From Ruditapes philippinarum (Eukaryota): 64,000 nucleotides of DNA. The notes beneath the pieces were generated by a model. It saw only the letters and a list, made by a program, of their open reading frames with translations, searched no databases and was not told where the DNA came from. Each line of letters begins with the position of its first letter. Position 1 is the stretch's first letter. A program made the translations under genes and the position numbers. Positions 38,151-52,542 of the stretch are shown here, in pieces. The stretch is taken from the NCBI RefSeq assembly GCF_026571515.1, contig NW_026860675.1, positions 1 to 64,000 of the forward strand. Reading direction: 5' to 3'.

Positions 38151-39095
38151 GGGACCGACGATTTGTTCTTTCTGTATATAAAGTGTATAAATTTTCAAAA
38201 AAGTACCATATTGCCGAGCCAATCGTTTAAACACCACTTGTCTAATTTCTTTGCAGATTCCGATTTTTACAAGTTTGGGGTGTCTTATTTACATAATATA
38301 ATGCCAAAAGCCCTAACCCAAGAGATATGTCCAGGAGATTTCCGCATGGCATGGTCGTTTTTTTGGACCGACGCTTTGTTCTTTCTGTATATAAAAAGTG
38401 CATCAATTTTCAAAAAAGAACCATTTTCTCCTGCAAATTGTTTAAACACCAGTTATATGACTCCTTTGCAGATTCAAGTTTGTACAACTTTGGAGGGTCT
38501 TTCTTTACATAAAATAAGGCCCAACGTCCTAACCCAAGAAATATGTCCAGAAAATCTCCGCATGACATGGTCGTTTTCTGAACCGACGATTTGTTCGTTC
38601 TGTATATAAAGTGTATAAATTTTCAAAAAAGTACAATTTTTTCGAGCCAATCGTTTAAACACCAGTTGTCTGATTCCTTAGTAGATTCGATTTGTACAAG
38701 TTTGGAGGGTCTTCCTTACATAATATAAGGTCCAACGCATTTACCCAAGAAATATGTCCAGGAGGTTTCCGCATGGCATGGTCGTTTTTTAGACTAATGG
38801 TTCGCTTTTTCTGTATATGAAGTACATCAACTTTCAAAAGAATACCATTTTTTCGAGCCAATAGTTTAAACACCAGTTGTCTGAATCCTTTGCCGATTCG
38901 ATTTTGTACAAAGTTGGAGGGTCTACCTTACATGATATCGGTATAAGGCACAAAGTTCTTACATAAGAAATATGTCCAGGAGATTCCGCACGGCATGCTC
39001 ATTTTCTGGACCGACGATTTGTTGTTTTTTTTTCTGTATATAATGTGTATAAATTTCCGCATGGCGTGGTCCTTTTATGAACCAGCGATTTGTTT
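38151..39095. repeat. Tandem satellite, ~215-bp unit, about 4.4 copies
   Basis: The motif accgacgatttgttctttctgtatat (variants) recurs at ~38154, 38367, 38582, ~38792 and 39010. Confidence 0.9.
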
Positions 39096-40029
39096 TCATT
39101 TCATAACCAAAGATTGAAATAAACAGTATGTAGACAAAAGCTTTCTGAAATTGAGATAAACATTATAATTTCAAATGATTATGAAATTGATAAAAGCCAA
39201 ATGAAGAATTTAATTTCTAGAAGTTATAAAAGCCTGATTACGATTCTGTTACTATTATATGGAGTGTTATATTATATACAAAATTTGACAAAGAACCTTT
39301 AGAATCAACGCCTGAGAGCCGAACCATGGACCAGAGGATAAAAATCCTGTGTTTTTCCCAATTGAGCCTTCAAAATAATGGCTCGGAAACAATGTTACCT
39401 AATAACCTATATTTATTCAAGATTTCCTCTCCGGCATGATATTTTGATGTAAATTGTTATAATATTCAGGTCTTTGGGACCATCGATTCCAATACTGATG
39501 TAATATGAAGATTATATTCTACACGAACCGGTGCTGGCGGCGAACGAGTCGGTGCTGAGGGGTAGGGCGTGGTAAGAGAGGGAAATTGGGCATGTAATAT
39601 CTATTATGAACAAATTCGAAATTTTTATCACAGTTTTATTATTGTTTTTATAATAACTCTCTTGGAAACTTATCCTTAACCTTAAACTGGATAGGAAAAG
39701 AATACAATAAAATATTGTTAGTCATGGAAAAGTTCTATTGCATATACTAAGCAAACGAAAACTAAGTGCGTAAAATAGAATGGAATTTTCTGACATACTA
39801 ACTTAATTTCCCGACAGTAATAAGAGAGTGGTACATTCGAACTTACCTGAACACGAGGATGCCCTTTATATAGACGCCACGCGCTTGTCTAGAATCGGTT
39901 ACAAATAATCTCTGATAATTCCCTTTATATAATGTTTTTGTCGTAGTTTTTAGTGTTACGAAGTACATGTACTGTAAAGCACACTTCAATTTATTAGAAA
40001 GTAATGTCGGAATTAATAAAATGCTAGCG

Positions 40030-40330
40030 TTTATACGCCCAAAAAAATTACGGCGTAAAATGGTATGCACCTTGTTCGTCCGTTCGTCCGTCTATTAGCA
40101 GTATTCGTGTTCTGTCTATAACTTTTGAACCGATGGAAAGAAATTGAAACTACTCCGCAGAAATGTTAACCATAATGAGACGATGTACAGAGCGCAGGTT
40201 TGACCTGCCTCAGGTCAAGGTCACACTGTCATTTTGTAAAAATTTTAAAATTTCGTTTCCTCTCTGCATCTTTTGAACCGAAACTTTTAATAATGAGACG
40301 ATGTGCAAAACACAGGTTTGGGCTTATTTT
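40030..40330 (+). mobile_element. HINE-like fragment
   Basis: tttatacgcc...ggcgtaaaa IR, (cgtc)n microsatellite, ggtcaaggtcac core. Confidence 0.5.
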
Positions 40331-42385
40331 GATAGACTTATATTGATGTTTGTGATAATATTGTTCTCCTTTCTGAAACTGTTTTTGGTTAACAAAAACA
40401 GTTAGATACTTGGTCAACTTTTTGCGACACATATACATAAAGTAAATGAAAATGAAACAAAAATAGTTGTTTTCAAAAAAATGGTTGATAAACCTTATCT
40501 TGGCTAAAATTGAAAATTGGACTTATAAAAAGAAATACATTGAGGTTATTAATGCTTTTATTTCGGTTGGAGAAAGCTTTCGATCAATAGAATGGTATAT
40601 CAGTATAAAGGTTAAGAGAATTTCTATATCAATATTAGTATCTTAGTGTTTAACTGTTGAATTCTGCTTAAGCCGGTGCTAGGGGGCGTGGACGGTAACT
40701 TGCACTTTCCAGTACCGTCCATGAACAGGCTCAATCAAACCGAGCCTGCAACATTTTACAATTTTGCTTCGTTGGACCTTTTTTTAGGGATTCTGTTTTT
40801 AACTATTTCGTATGCTTGTGGCGAATTTTAAATTTAAAAAAAACAACTTATTTTAATCTGTTTGATACGATATGTCGCCAGTGACTTTATGGTTCCGAAA
40901 TTTGGGACAAGGGTAAATTATAAGAGCTTAGAATATTATACATGTTGTAAACTATATGCATCTAATGTAGCTTAGCGTCCCATATATAAATGTATATATA
41001 GAACCCGTTTAACAGTTTCAGAGGTGTGTTAAAATATGGTCCAAATTATCAAAATGCCAAACGATAGATTGGTCAAAAAGGTCGTTTAATTATGTATTAT
41101 TATGATATATGGGGACCAGATAATTGAGTATCTTCTTTTAGAAAAAAAAAATACAAAGTGATGGTTTATATTGGATATATGGGAAAATTAATCAGTTATG
41201 TCAGAAAAACAGTTTATAACATAATTTGTATATAGGTTAAAAGATATATTTCAACAATAATGCCATTCATTTGTGAATTCTAATGTCAAAGTATCATTTT
41301 ATAAAACGTTCAATCTGAATGTTATTTAGAAATTATAAAATTTAAATAGATGGACTCAAAGTGACATAATGCTTATATTTTCATAGTCAAGTTGAGCTGA
41401 ATTGACTTTATATTTCAAAAGATTGACTGTGACCAACTGTTTATAATGGAAAACGTTTAGGATAAAATTTAAAATATGGCTAAAATATAAAAAGACTGCC
41501 CCACTCTTTTTATAAATTGAACGATACATGAAAATTTCTAAATTATATTTACAGAAATTTTGTTTGGATCAGGCCGCTGTTTATTGTTTATTTGAAGTAA
41601 ATTATTAATCCAAAGGAATTATTGCAAAATGAAAATTTAATTTGACTCTCACCTGTTCTCTCACTGTGTATCATTAGATGAGCATAATGTCACTTCAAAG
41701 TTTAGAAAAAGGGTCTGATTTTGAAACTGAGATTGATCGGCATTATAGGATAAAGAAAGAAAACAGATTATGCACAAAACGTTCTAAGAATGTAATATAA
41801 GATGAGTTTCATTTTTTACTTAGTTGAATTTTAGTCAGAACTAGAACATAATATTTACCTGTTAATTAAATACAATAATGAACTAACCAAAAACAAAAAT
41901 TTGATATATTAATGTGTACAAAAAAAATGAAGAGCTTATAAAGAGCACAGCTTGTACTGGAAAATAAAATATTTGGAGAATGAATCGTACTAAATATAAA
42001 TGATGAAGATATCGTGTCTACTGTTGTCAATTTTCAACTCTTCTAATGTATTTAATTACATAATGTGAATCAATACTATACAATACAATATAAATTAACT
42101 TTAACTTCGCCAAGGTTACATCAGATATTACAATAATCATGTAAATACATATATATATGTATGTAACAGAAAAGAGTTTTACATATAGGCCAGATAATCA
42201 AGCGAAAAGAAAAAGTACAACTTGAATTTGCCATGTGTAATATGTATATATGTTAATTGTTTCATATAACAAGAAGCATAACTTGTTTACGTTACTTAAT
42301 ATCTTGAACTCTTTTTGACCAAACACCATCACAAAATGTAGGAAGTCAGTACCGGCGTTCCATAAAATGGCATATTGCTACTGCC

Positions 42386-42420
<35 letters not shown>

Positions 42421-43189
42421 TTACATTAATTCAAGTTAAAATATTTCAAATACAATTGTCTAAATGGTTCTTGAAACGTTTATTTTATATGTATCACAAA
42501 TGTATTAAATGGTAAAGGGAGGCAATCTGTCCAACAGATGTGTCTAACAGATGTCTTATTTATCTCCCCTCCGTGATATGTGCTAAATGTAAAGTGTTTC
42601 TCTGCATGTTTACTAGGAATTAATGCCCCTGCATTCACCCCGCAATCCCTGCGATAGTAATGTCTCATCAAACGGCACATGTAAGTCCGAGAACACGACT
42701 CGGGTGCCTGGGATAATTAAATCATATCACCCATCGAAATCAAACTGAAGTATAAATGTTAAAACCAGCTAATCCATTTGTGCCGCACTGAAAAAGCTAG
42801 ATGTCAGCACAAACTGACACAATCATATCAAAAGTTATGTGGTATTCTTCATGTGTAAAACATTGCGAACGTTGAATAAAGAAAACCATCCAATTAAGCG
42901 TTAATATAACATCTTTGTAAGATAAAACCTTTATTGAACTAAAATTACATATATAAGATTGAACAAGCAGATATTCTGTGGGTCTTTTTATCTTTCAGAA
43001 ACATTGTCATCCTTAGATAGTTTAATTATATTTAAGTGTATTATAATACATAATATATATAAGCATAAATTAACATCATTATATCCTAAGCAAAATTTTA
43101 ATGTACTTAGAAAATAATTGGGCCAAAAGTTATACCAACATCTAAGGGCATTCCTTAAAGGCCTATTTTATCGGGTAACTGATAAGTAA

Positions 43190-44000
43190 GGTTGGATTTT
43201 AAATTCTTTAAGAAATTTAGATCCATGTATACATGTATATTAAATTAAAAAAACTGTCATCTGGTCACAAAAACCTTACAATAAGAACAAGACAAAAACA
43301 ATCTGTTAATTAATTAAACGATGACTTTTAAAAATGCACCGGGATTGAATGATATATAATATCTTGAAAATGTTAATAAGTCACCATCACAGATTATAAT
43401 GCTGGTAAATGTCAAGGATAGTTTCAGAGAACTTTTGCTAGGGAAATATGGGAAAATGATGGACAAAACCTAGATCCATTCTCCTAGTTCAATGCGACTT
43501 CGATTATCTTCCAGTTTTTCCCCGATTTGGCCTTGGAAATAGATACCTTCAGGTTCGGAGCAAGTGTAATAATAATTATTTCTAATAGATAGTTCTCTTT
43601 TTTTCCAAATATTTGAAATTATGTTCAAGATTACTTAAGGCTATTCAAGATTACTAAAGAAAGTCAAGGTATGTTCTTCTTTTTTGATAGACGTTTCTTT
43701 CATTTTTTACCGATGCCGATAAAGTTAGTTCTAAATAATTTGGAATAATTAGAGCTTCGGTATACGCCGGAAGGATGTAGGTTAGTCCGAAGTTGACCGT
43801 AACACCTCAATCTGAAAAGAGGTAAGAAAGACATGAAAGTTTCAATTGGCGATGTTCCATAAGTTAGATGATTACATTTCTCCCATGACTGAAATGAATT
43901 TCTGTAAAGGAATTCAAAAATATGGCGTTGATGAGCAACCGTGCTTTGAAATCATGGGACTGAATTTCGCAGATACAGAATATTGGATTACGATTGCATT
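43190..44000 (-). pseudogene. Highly decayed Ngaro-like RNase H end + YR remnant
   Basis: Fragmentary DFKAR, SNLWNI, LSASVK, LKVSISKAKSG..FCP, DGDLLTFSRY and FNPGAF/KSHR in YR order, across several frames. Confidence 0.4.
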
Positions 44001-44852
44001 TTCATTGGATAAGAGCAGTCACGTGGTGACCCAAATTTGCTGACTCATGCACTATTATCGTGCACGGACAATGGTGGCTGCCGTTCAACAAAATAGTTTT
44101 TTTAAATAATTATTTACCTCCAGAGAACTCCACACAATGTTTTATAAATATTCATTTTTTCTATATAAAAATGCATGGCAACGTGTTGAACAAACTTTTT
44201 TTGTGACAATTAATACTTCTATTACGTTCACCTTGTTAGTGCACGTGCTGGCAACATGTGAATGCAGATTAAAATTTCTATCAATTAATGTGCCTACACA
44301 GTTATATAATGCATGAAACTGTATATCCTTTTGTTGCAATCCACAATTTTCCTTACTTGTTCTTCGTGAATATTTTTATTTAGAAATTTAAAAAGGATAC
44401 TTTACCCAACCAGCGTACACCATGGTGTTCAGTGAAATGAATAAATTATTTGGGGTTTTCACTGACATATAGGGTGGTGGGGTGGTTTTAATTTGCAAAA
44501 GTAATAATGTTTCAAAGAAAAAAACTTGAATAAAATAATAAAACTATACATGTCATATAGCTTTTACTGGCCGACTGGCTGTTCGACTAACCTGATTCCA
44601 AAACTCATCTGCTTACGACAAGTAAGTTCAATTTTTGAACAAGACCTTGGCTGGCTTTAATACTGCTTTCTCATCTGTATAAATTCTAACATTCCTGTGT
44701 GATTAAAAAGTCAGACGACGTGTGAAATGTTACTATATGTGGCATTTAAAGATATAAATTTAGTCCTTCTAACAATATATACCACATAATCTACTTAGAT
44801 ATCGCTCTTTAAGGACAACAATGACTTTACTAAAATAAGTCTGTGACATTAA

Positions 44853-45198
44853 AGGGACTCCACTGAGGTTTTATTGACGTGACGGTCGGGACTGGAAATA
44901 ATTTTTCGAGATCGATGTTCCACTGATGTAGGTCTAGGCCAATAACTTGTGAGCAAAAATTCAGATCATTCACTTCCTCTGTTTTTCCATTATAATTATT
45001 CTAATTGTGAAAAATGACCTAAAATTAAAAAGGATTAAAAATAAGCGTATTTAAAGCACAAAATACGATTTTAAATTTATTTTTTTAGCATTTTTCTAAT
45101 ATTCGTTTGCATATCTTTCTGTTTTAAGTGCCCCAGCTGATCTATATAAGCAATTACAATTTTATGTTTATGGGCTTTTGGACCTCAGTGGAGTTTCT
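44853..45198. mobile_element. TTAA-flanked MITE (Kolobok-like, purine termini)
   Basis: TTAA|agggactccactgagg...cctcagtggagtttct|TTAA. Confidence 0.75.
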
Positions 45199-47996
45199 TT
45201 AAAACGAGTTACTATTTAGAAAAAAATGTCTATTTGCTGGCCAGTCTATGATAAAATAGATAAATACAGAATCCCTGAAGAAAGCCCAACACAACAAAAT
45301 TGAAAATGTTGCAGGCTCGGTTTGATTGAGCCTGTTCATGGACGGTACTGGAAAGTGCAAGTTACCGTCCACGCCCCCTAGCACCGGCTTAAGCAGAATT
45401 CAACATTTAAACATGAAATAGTAAAATTTTGAATTTAGAAACATCCGCAGATGTGTTCATACGGCGGTTATCATGGAACCTTCAATGTGACACTTCTGTG
45501 CCATTCCATGATAAGCCCAACAAATTTTGCACCAAGGCTTTTTGATATGTACGATGACCACGCTCCTTGCGAAGATAGACATCTACTTAGTTTATGAAAT
45601 ACGTCTGTCTTACAGAAATATTGGGACTATATGAAGTATTAAACTTGAAGTAATAAATGTATCTTCTTGCCCGGATAGACCCTTACTCATGAAAAAGGTC
45701 TGACTAATAAAGCCCGATATAAGATGAAGGAAAATACCGTAAAATATTGTTCTAAAATCATCCCACTCCTAAGATGCTGCAATCATCGATTTTTTTTATT
45801 TGCACAGTTGACATTTGTTGACCTTTGCAAAGTAAAAGTGCTGATGAATGACTTAAAATTACCTGAAAAGTGCATTGATTTAGTCATATTAGTATGATCA
45901 TTGTTCATTTGGGAAGATAGTTTATTGGTTATGAGTGTGGTAATCTTAACCAATTTGTGTTTTAAGATTGTATATTTTAGTTATCAGAGCATTTACCGTT
46001 GAAAGAATTTAAGAAAAAAATGCAATGTTCTTAACAAACAAAATAAATAACTAATATTGATATTGTCAAAAACGCATCTTTCATCTTGTATATAGTTATT
46101 ACTGTATTGACCATCCCCGTGTCTTGTCTAGTTTTCTAGGTGACCTAGAAAGATTTCAGTCAGGTTATTTTCTATTTTGAAGAATACATGCTACAGATAA
46201 TTGCAGACGTGGTATAGTGTCATATTACAGAATCAGACATATTTATTAGGTAAGACTTTTCATATCAGATGAAATATGGTAAAATGAACATGTTATTGAA
46301 CATAAGGGGGATGTTATATAGGCATATCATTCAAAGAAACCAGAATGTTAGGCTACTTTGTATGTAAATCCTTTAATGGTATATCTAAGCTTCCAAAAAC
46401 AATATGTTGCACATTTTATGATACACTTCTTCACGCACTTACATGACCTTATTACAAGTAATCTGGCATGATTCATACGCAACTACTAAACAAGATCCAT
46501 AGTGACTCACCGTTCGTCTTCGAGTTGGTCCATCAGTGACATTTGGCCGCGAAAAAAGCTGGACAGATACATGTTGTTAAACTGTACTGTACTAGGATGC
46601 ACTTCTACTTTTCTTTTAATCTTTAAAAGGATTAAGTGGAGTAATAGTGTAAAAAGTTGGTCGCGCGGTTACGTCTCGCGGTGATGCGGTTCACGTATAA
46701 GATTACTGCGCTCATTAGAACACAAGTTTTTAGGTCAAACGCAGCATGGTATAAATAAATTAAAAACATTTAAAATTTCACCGACAATGGATGAAAGAAG
46801 ATGGGGCATTATAAGTATTATAAGCCTAATTGGTTTTTATTTTCATGAACTTTAATTCTTTTAAAGTAAACCGGCAACACCGTTAATCTAGCGTTTGAAG
46901 TGATTGCGCTCATACCGGAGATTTGAGAAAAGATAACCATTCAACGTTTGATATCTGACTACATTATTACGGGTGTCTGTGGATTTGTCATACAAAATTT
47001 TGATTAAGCTTGACCATTTATCATTAAATGTTTAAACCTCGTTAGTTTTAATTTTATACCGGTTTGTCCTCACTCCTAAGGTAAATGGATGTCAGTAGCC
47101 GTGTTTAATTTGGCACATCATGCATGGTGTGTAAAGATACGTAAATGTACACTAGTCATGTCACCTGGCTTTTAAAGCGCAATATAATTCCAAGTTCGAT
47201 TCACTATTTTCTGTACGTTGCTAATTTAGCATAAATGTATACCGGAAGAGACATTAAGAAACGACGGAACCAGCTGTTCATCCGAACAAAGTAAATGCAG
47301 ATTGGTAATCAATATAAGCTCGCATGTTTACAGAAAGCTTCTTTAATGCCCTTATTTTACCTAATTTGGTACTGCTACAGGCGATTTAATTGACAAAATC
47401 ATGCTCTTGCCATTTGCTCATAGACTCCAGTATTTCGAACCCATTTAGTAGCCTCTTACGATCACGCAGGGATAAACCGTGGTGGCAAATCTGGTGCCAG
47501 TCCTTTTTGAAGGCAACCTCTCAGCCACAAGGGTATTTTGGTAAAGTTAGTGCACAGTAAAATGACTTGTGCGTATTTGTCAATGGTGTGTGTCATAAAA
47601 AATTTAATTCGGCCGCCGATATACATTCCGCCATAATGACTTGTACGATTGTTATACTTAACAAACAAAATAACAAACTTCTTTTTAAATATTACTTAAA
47701 TTATAACAAATAAACTACATTGAATTCTAAACAATGTTAGCATTAGCAATAAGTTTTGTAGGTATTGTTGCTTTTTTGCGGGGGTTGGCAAGTTGATTTA
47801 TGTAACTGAGACGTACTTTATCTTTAGTGCACAAATGATTTCATCAAAAAAACTCTAATTTATGACTAATTTATTTTCATAACCTTATACCGATTCTGTT
47901 GTGTGTTACTTAATGTAAATCCGCGTGATTCGGCCACTTTAAAAATTCGACAAACCAGACATTCGACATACCAGACGACAATTATTTTACCAAGTT

Positions 47997-49138
47997 GATT
48001 TTTTGATTTGATTTAATCATATTTTATTGCTTGAAACATGTACATGTAACATAGAGATTACATTAATACTAAACAGAATACAATAAATACGAATAAGGAA
48101 ACATGTATGTTAACAGTTTGAAGCAAATGGGTTGGGCCACAAGTTTTACCAACATTAATGAAGGCCCTTCCCAGGCAAGTTTAAATAACAAAATGTTCAT
48201 TATAAAGATACAAAACTTGTTTACGTAATTAATGTGTTAGGCGAAGAAACAAGAAAATATATGTTTTTTGCGCATCATCAAGTAATATTTACAGTTTGCT
48301 TCTATATATATCTATATTGATATAAAAGTATTTAGATGACAATATTTTGAGAGAAAAAAACAACAACAACAAAAAAAATTGATATGAGGTTTAAATATCA
48401 TGAAATAGAAAAAAAAAATACACATTCTAAAAACATCCAAACTTCTGTTCACCTTTCCTCTGAAAAAAAAAAACAGGTTTCGCCTCCATTTCCGTTACTG
48501 GACCAGCATTAAAAATAGAAACACGGAGTTATATTTAATTATCATTAAGATATATTAAGTTCTAAAACGATTCGTATTCTTTAAATATTTTTGAACATGC
48601 CCAAAAATAATGTCATTATCTTCAGGCGACAAGTTATCAATTCCAAACAGCAGTTTATTTACACTTAAAGGATGGTATGGGCGGGTATTAATGAATAATT
48701 GATGGCGCTGTTGATGAAATAACGGACATTTGAAAAAATAGTGTTCTGCATCCTCTATGGTATATCCACAGTCACATTTTTGATTATCACGTAAGTGGTT
48801 GTAAAATAAGTCGGAGTTTAGGTTACTACATTTATTACGTATTCTTGCATGATGGACCTGTGAAAATCTTTCACCAGAAATAAAGAATGGGGGAACTATT
48901 GGGGGTTTAAATTTTTCTTTTAGATTACGTTTAAAAGCTGATAATGAGTCTACAGTACGAGATTGAGTGTCCAAATTGTTCCAAAGTTTGATAGATGAAG
49001 GTATTGTAGATTTAGCATAGATTTCAAGCCGGCGTGCCATAGTAGCATAGTCAGAATTGTTTCTCAAATTGTATGTATTTGCTTCTAAAACGGTATTTGG
49101 AAAAAGTTCAGACAGATAACAGGTTCAGATAACAGATA
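47997..49138 (-). mobile_element. 5'-truncated CR1-group LINE with 8-bp TSD ACCAAGTT
   Basis: TSD at 47989-47996 and 49139-49146; AATAAA plus (AAATC)n tail; contains the ORF2 C-terminus. Confidence 0.85.
48555..49125 (-). pseudogene. LINE ORF2 C-terminal region with Cys/His motif
   Basis: YNLRN...SIKLWNNL...RIRNKCSNLN...CDCGYTIEDAEHYFFKCPLF. Confidence 0.85.
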
Positions 49139-51714
49139 ACCAAGTTCACTAAGGTAAGGAATGACAAAGGTAAATTGTCACAATAATGGCCTTATAGAGT
49201 CAAGTAATCGAATAGCATTTTCATACAAATAGTGTGACATATAAACTTCAAGATAAACAATAAATTTAAGTATTAAACTCCTATTTTACCACATAATAAA
49301 GCGCTTAACTTTAAGCGTGCGAAAATGATTTTGCAAGAATTGAAGAATTGAAAAATATCATATTTCCTTCTGTCAGTCTCGAAATTAATTTGAAGAATGA
49401 AATTGCCGCCGATGAAATTTGTTGAATAAACTTTGAGAAAAGAATTACGTTATTGATTGGTTATATTCGACATACAGATATCATTTAATTGCGCTGAAAT
49501 ATTTTAATTGTATGTTGATGTATTAAAGTCTGACATAAGAGATAACGAAATAGTTCAAAGGATGAAATCATTTATAAAATCATGTGCAATTATTACATAC
49601 TCATTATTTGCATGACTAGGGTAATAACTTATACCAATCAGTCTTCATACGAAATGTATTAATTCCTCACGCGCTGCATATATTACATCAACATGCATTA
49701 TGTACTATTTAATTGTAGCTCCGTTTCCGTGTCCTTGCAGGGTTGGGATTTTACTGTCTACGTGTCCTTGCTTTTTTGTTTGATTTTACGGCGCACTAAC
49801 TAAGTTTGGGTCATATGGCGCCGAAACTGGAAAGATGATTTTTGCTTATCTCGGATGTGCCAAATTGAAAGCAACACCCCTGGTCAAAACCACCTCGCCT
49901 GCTAGAGCTAAGAGACGCATAGACTTCAATAATTCGAACCCATTAAGTCGCCTTTTTACGATCACGCATGATTAAATGGAGGCTGCAATTATGATGCCTC
50001 AACCAGTAAAGGCAGTTCCTCAACCACAAGGGTTGCAGAACATACCTGAGTTTACCCCTAATGTAAGGATGTAAAAGAGTTCTCGCTCATCATGGGATAG
50101 TGTCGACTATAGAAGATTGGAGTTTCAAATGACTATAAGGCGTAGTAAATATTACGAAAAATGACAGCTAATTTTGAAAAAAAAAATGGACTTTCTCAAC
50201 AGATATTGACGAGGTTCCAGGCTATCAGTGTAGTGCTTGATCAGGCAGTTTGAAATATTAAAAAAATGTAACTTTAATGTAGTCTGACCAGATTGAATTT
50301 TGTCTTGGAAATTGTGAATTTTTAGCTAGGTATCCGTACAAAATCGGTGGTTATTCACTTTTGCAGTTATTCACTTTTGCAGACAATAAAATGCTATATA
50401 TATAGTGGATACCTCCTCCACTACTTATATAGATATGCGTGAAAAAAACGTTAAAATTGATAAAGGAAATATTCCCAGTTTTTAGGAATTTTCAGGGAAA
50501 AAAAGGTAATTTTCAACTGTTATTTCATTCGGGAAAATTTCTTTATTTGTCTTCTACTTATTGATATATAGTACTGTAGTTAAAGAGTTTATATACAAAC
50601 AATTGTATTTGTTGTGGGCGTTCGTGATCTTTTATTCAAGCAGGTCCGTATTGTAGAGGAAATATTCCGGAGTTTCCTGGTTGTAGGCGGACCACTCAAT
50701 AGTTGAACTGCTGCTACAAATTTCTTGTTTTCCGGTAGATGTTTAAGTAGCTGTCTGATATAGATCAAACGATATGGCCAAAGTATCATAATCTATTCGC
50801 GGTTAAATATCATATAATGACGGAAATTAGACTGATGGTACACTGTGTAGAAGGAAATCACTACTTTCTGCAAAGTGTCCATTTGTAAGGCTATTAGTGT
50901 CAAATAGTTTACTTCCTTACGTTTGAGAGGGAGACACACTGCCAACCGCAAATAACCTTGATAAAAAAACCTGAAATGTTATTCACTGTATATGTTATCA
51001 TATCAAATATAGATACCAATTTATTTATAGTAACTATATAGTAAATATTTTGTTTTTTGCGCTAACGTTGGCCAAAACTAAAACAGAAAATAGTAATCTT
51101 ATTGTCGTGACTGATTAATTTAACAAACAAAAATTGTGCAGGGCACTGTATGCAACAATAATTATAATCTGGGACCAAAATACGTAATCCCCATCTACAT
51201 GTAATTTGCTCAATATTGAGCGCTTAAATTATCAGTTAAATATGCATTTTTGCATGTTTTTTGCAAGATTTATGCATGATCTTTTTAAGATGACCCCTTA
51301 ATCTTCTGAATTTGTATGATGGATTTGCCCAGCATTGAATAAAAACTGTAAGGGATATTATTATCAAAATACAAATCAGACTACATAAGTGTACAGAATG
51401 GCATCGTTCTATACTGGAAGTTTAAGCTTCCGGTTTCAGTAGGATAAGAAACTTAAGTCGAAAGTCAACGACACTAAGCACTCGCCCACGGAGACATTTT
51501 TTCCTCTTTGCAAATTAATATAAAGTTAAGACAACAACAAAATAAGACACTATGAGAAAGTCGTCGTCCTATTCCTTTTATTTGCTCTTCAGTTACGTGA
51601 CAACAAACACAAATTATTTTCCCTTAAATCATCACTGTCAGCATTTTCTTCTATTTTAGGGCTTATTTGAAAATACACGATGCCATCTACAATTAAGTCA
51701 AAGTACATAACTAG

Positions 51715-52540
51715 TTCCAGTATTTCGATGATATTAGAATCTGACTCAAGTATATACCGGCCATACTTTCGATATTGTTGGGTTTTTTGTTCAATTATCA
51801 GATATAATTTTGATAAAGTCAGTATCTGGTTTAAGTATCAGCCATTACTTCGATATTGTTAGTTTTTGTTTCAAGTACCAGCCATTATTTCGATATTGTT
51901 AGTTTTTGTTTCAAGTACCAGCCATTATTTCGATATTGTTGGTTTCTGATTCAAGTAGCAATCACTATTTCGATATTGTGGGTTTCGGGTTCGAGTATCA
52001 GCCATTATTTCGATATTGTGGGTTTCTGGTTCAAGTACCAGCCATTATTTCGATATTGTGGGTTTCTGGTTCAAGTACCAGCCATTATTTCTATAATGTC
52101 AGTATCTGGTTCAAGTATCAGCCATAATTTCGATATTGTTGGTTTCTGGTTCGATTATCGTACTATAGGTTCATATATACATTAGCCATACTTTCGATAT
52201 TGTTGGTTTCTGGCTCAAGTATCTGTCATAATTCAGATATTGTTGGTTATTTGCTTTGAGAATCAGTCATAATTTATAAGCATAAGCCACATTTTGACAG
52301 TCAAATATATATATTAGCCATGCTTTCGATATTGTCGTTATCTAGTTCAAGTATCAGCCGTTATTTCGATGTTGTTAGTTTCTGACTAAAGTTTTTGCTA
52401 TAGTTCCGGTTATGTCTGTATCTGGTTATTTAAATACTTTCGATATTGTTGGTGTCTGGTTTCAGCATTAGCAATTGTTTCCATGCCATTTTATATAGTT
52501 AAAGTATCAGCCATAATTTTGATAGTGTTGGTTTCTGGTC
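51715..52540. repeat. 39-bp tandem minisatellite (degenerate copies continue to ~53230)
   Basis: Unit ttcaagtaccagccattatttcgatattgtgggtttctg; it accounts for the repetitive ORFs at 51680-52185. Confidence 0.9.
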
Positions 52541-52542
52541 AA

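Larger units (their letters stand above)
40647..45413. mobile_element. 4.8-kb segment bounded by long inverted repeats (putative non-autonomous TIR element)
   Basis: 40655-40757 is the exact reverse complement of 45303-45405 (103 bp), followed by ~55 bp of diverged inner IR. TTAA occurs at both outer edges. Confidence 0.6.

Noticed and set aside
38112-38873. 165-aa and other ORFs with internal repeats
   Set aside because: They lie within the ~215-bp satellite and the frames are not conserved between units.
40930-42380. Several LINE C-terminal scraps
   Set aside because: Only faint motif traces (e.g. RCVK..KMPNDRLVKK) remain, too decayed to bound or classify.
51715-52540. CRISPR-like regular repeats and repetitive ORFs
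   Set aside because: The units are head-to-tail 39-mers with no unique spacers, there are no cas genes, and the context is eukaryotic. The ORFs are a by-product of a unit length divisible by 3.
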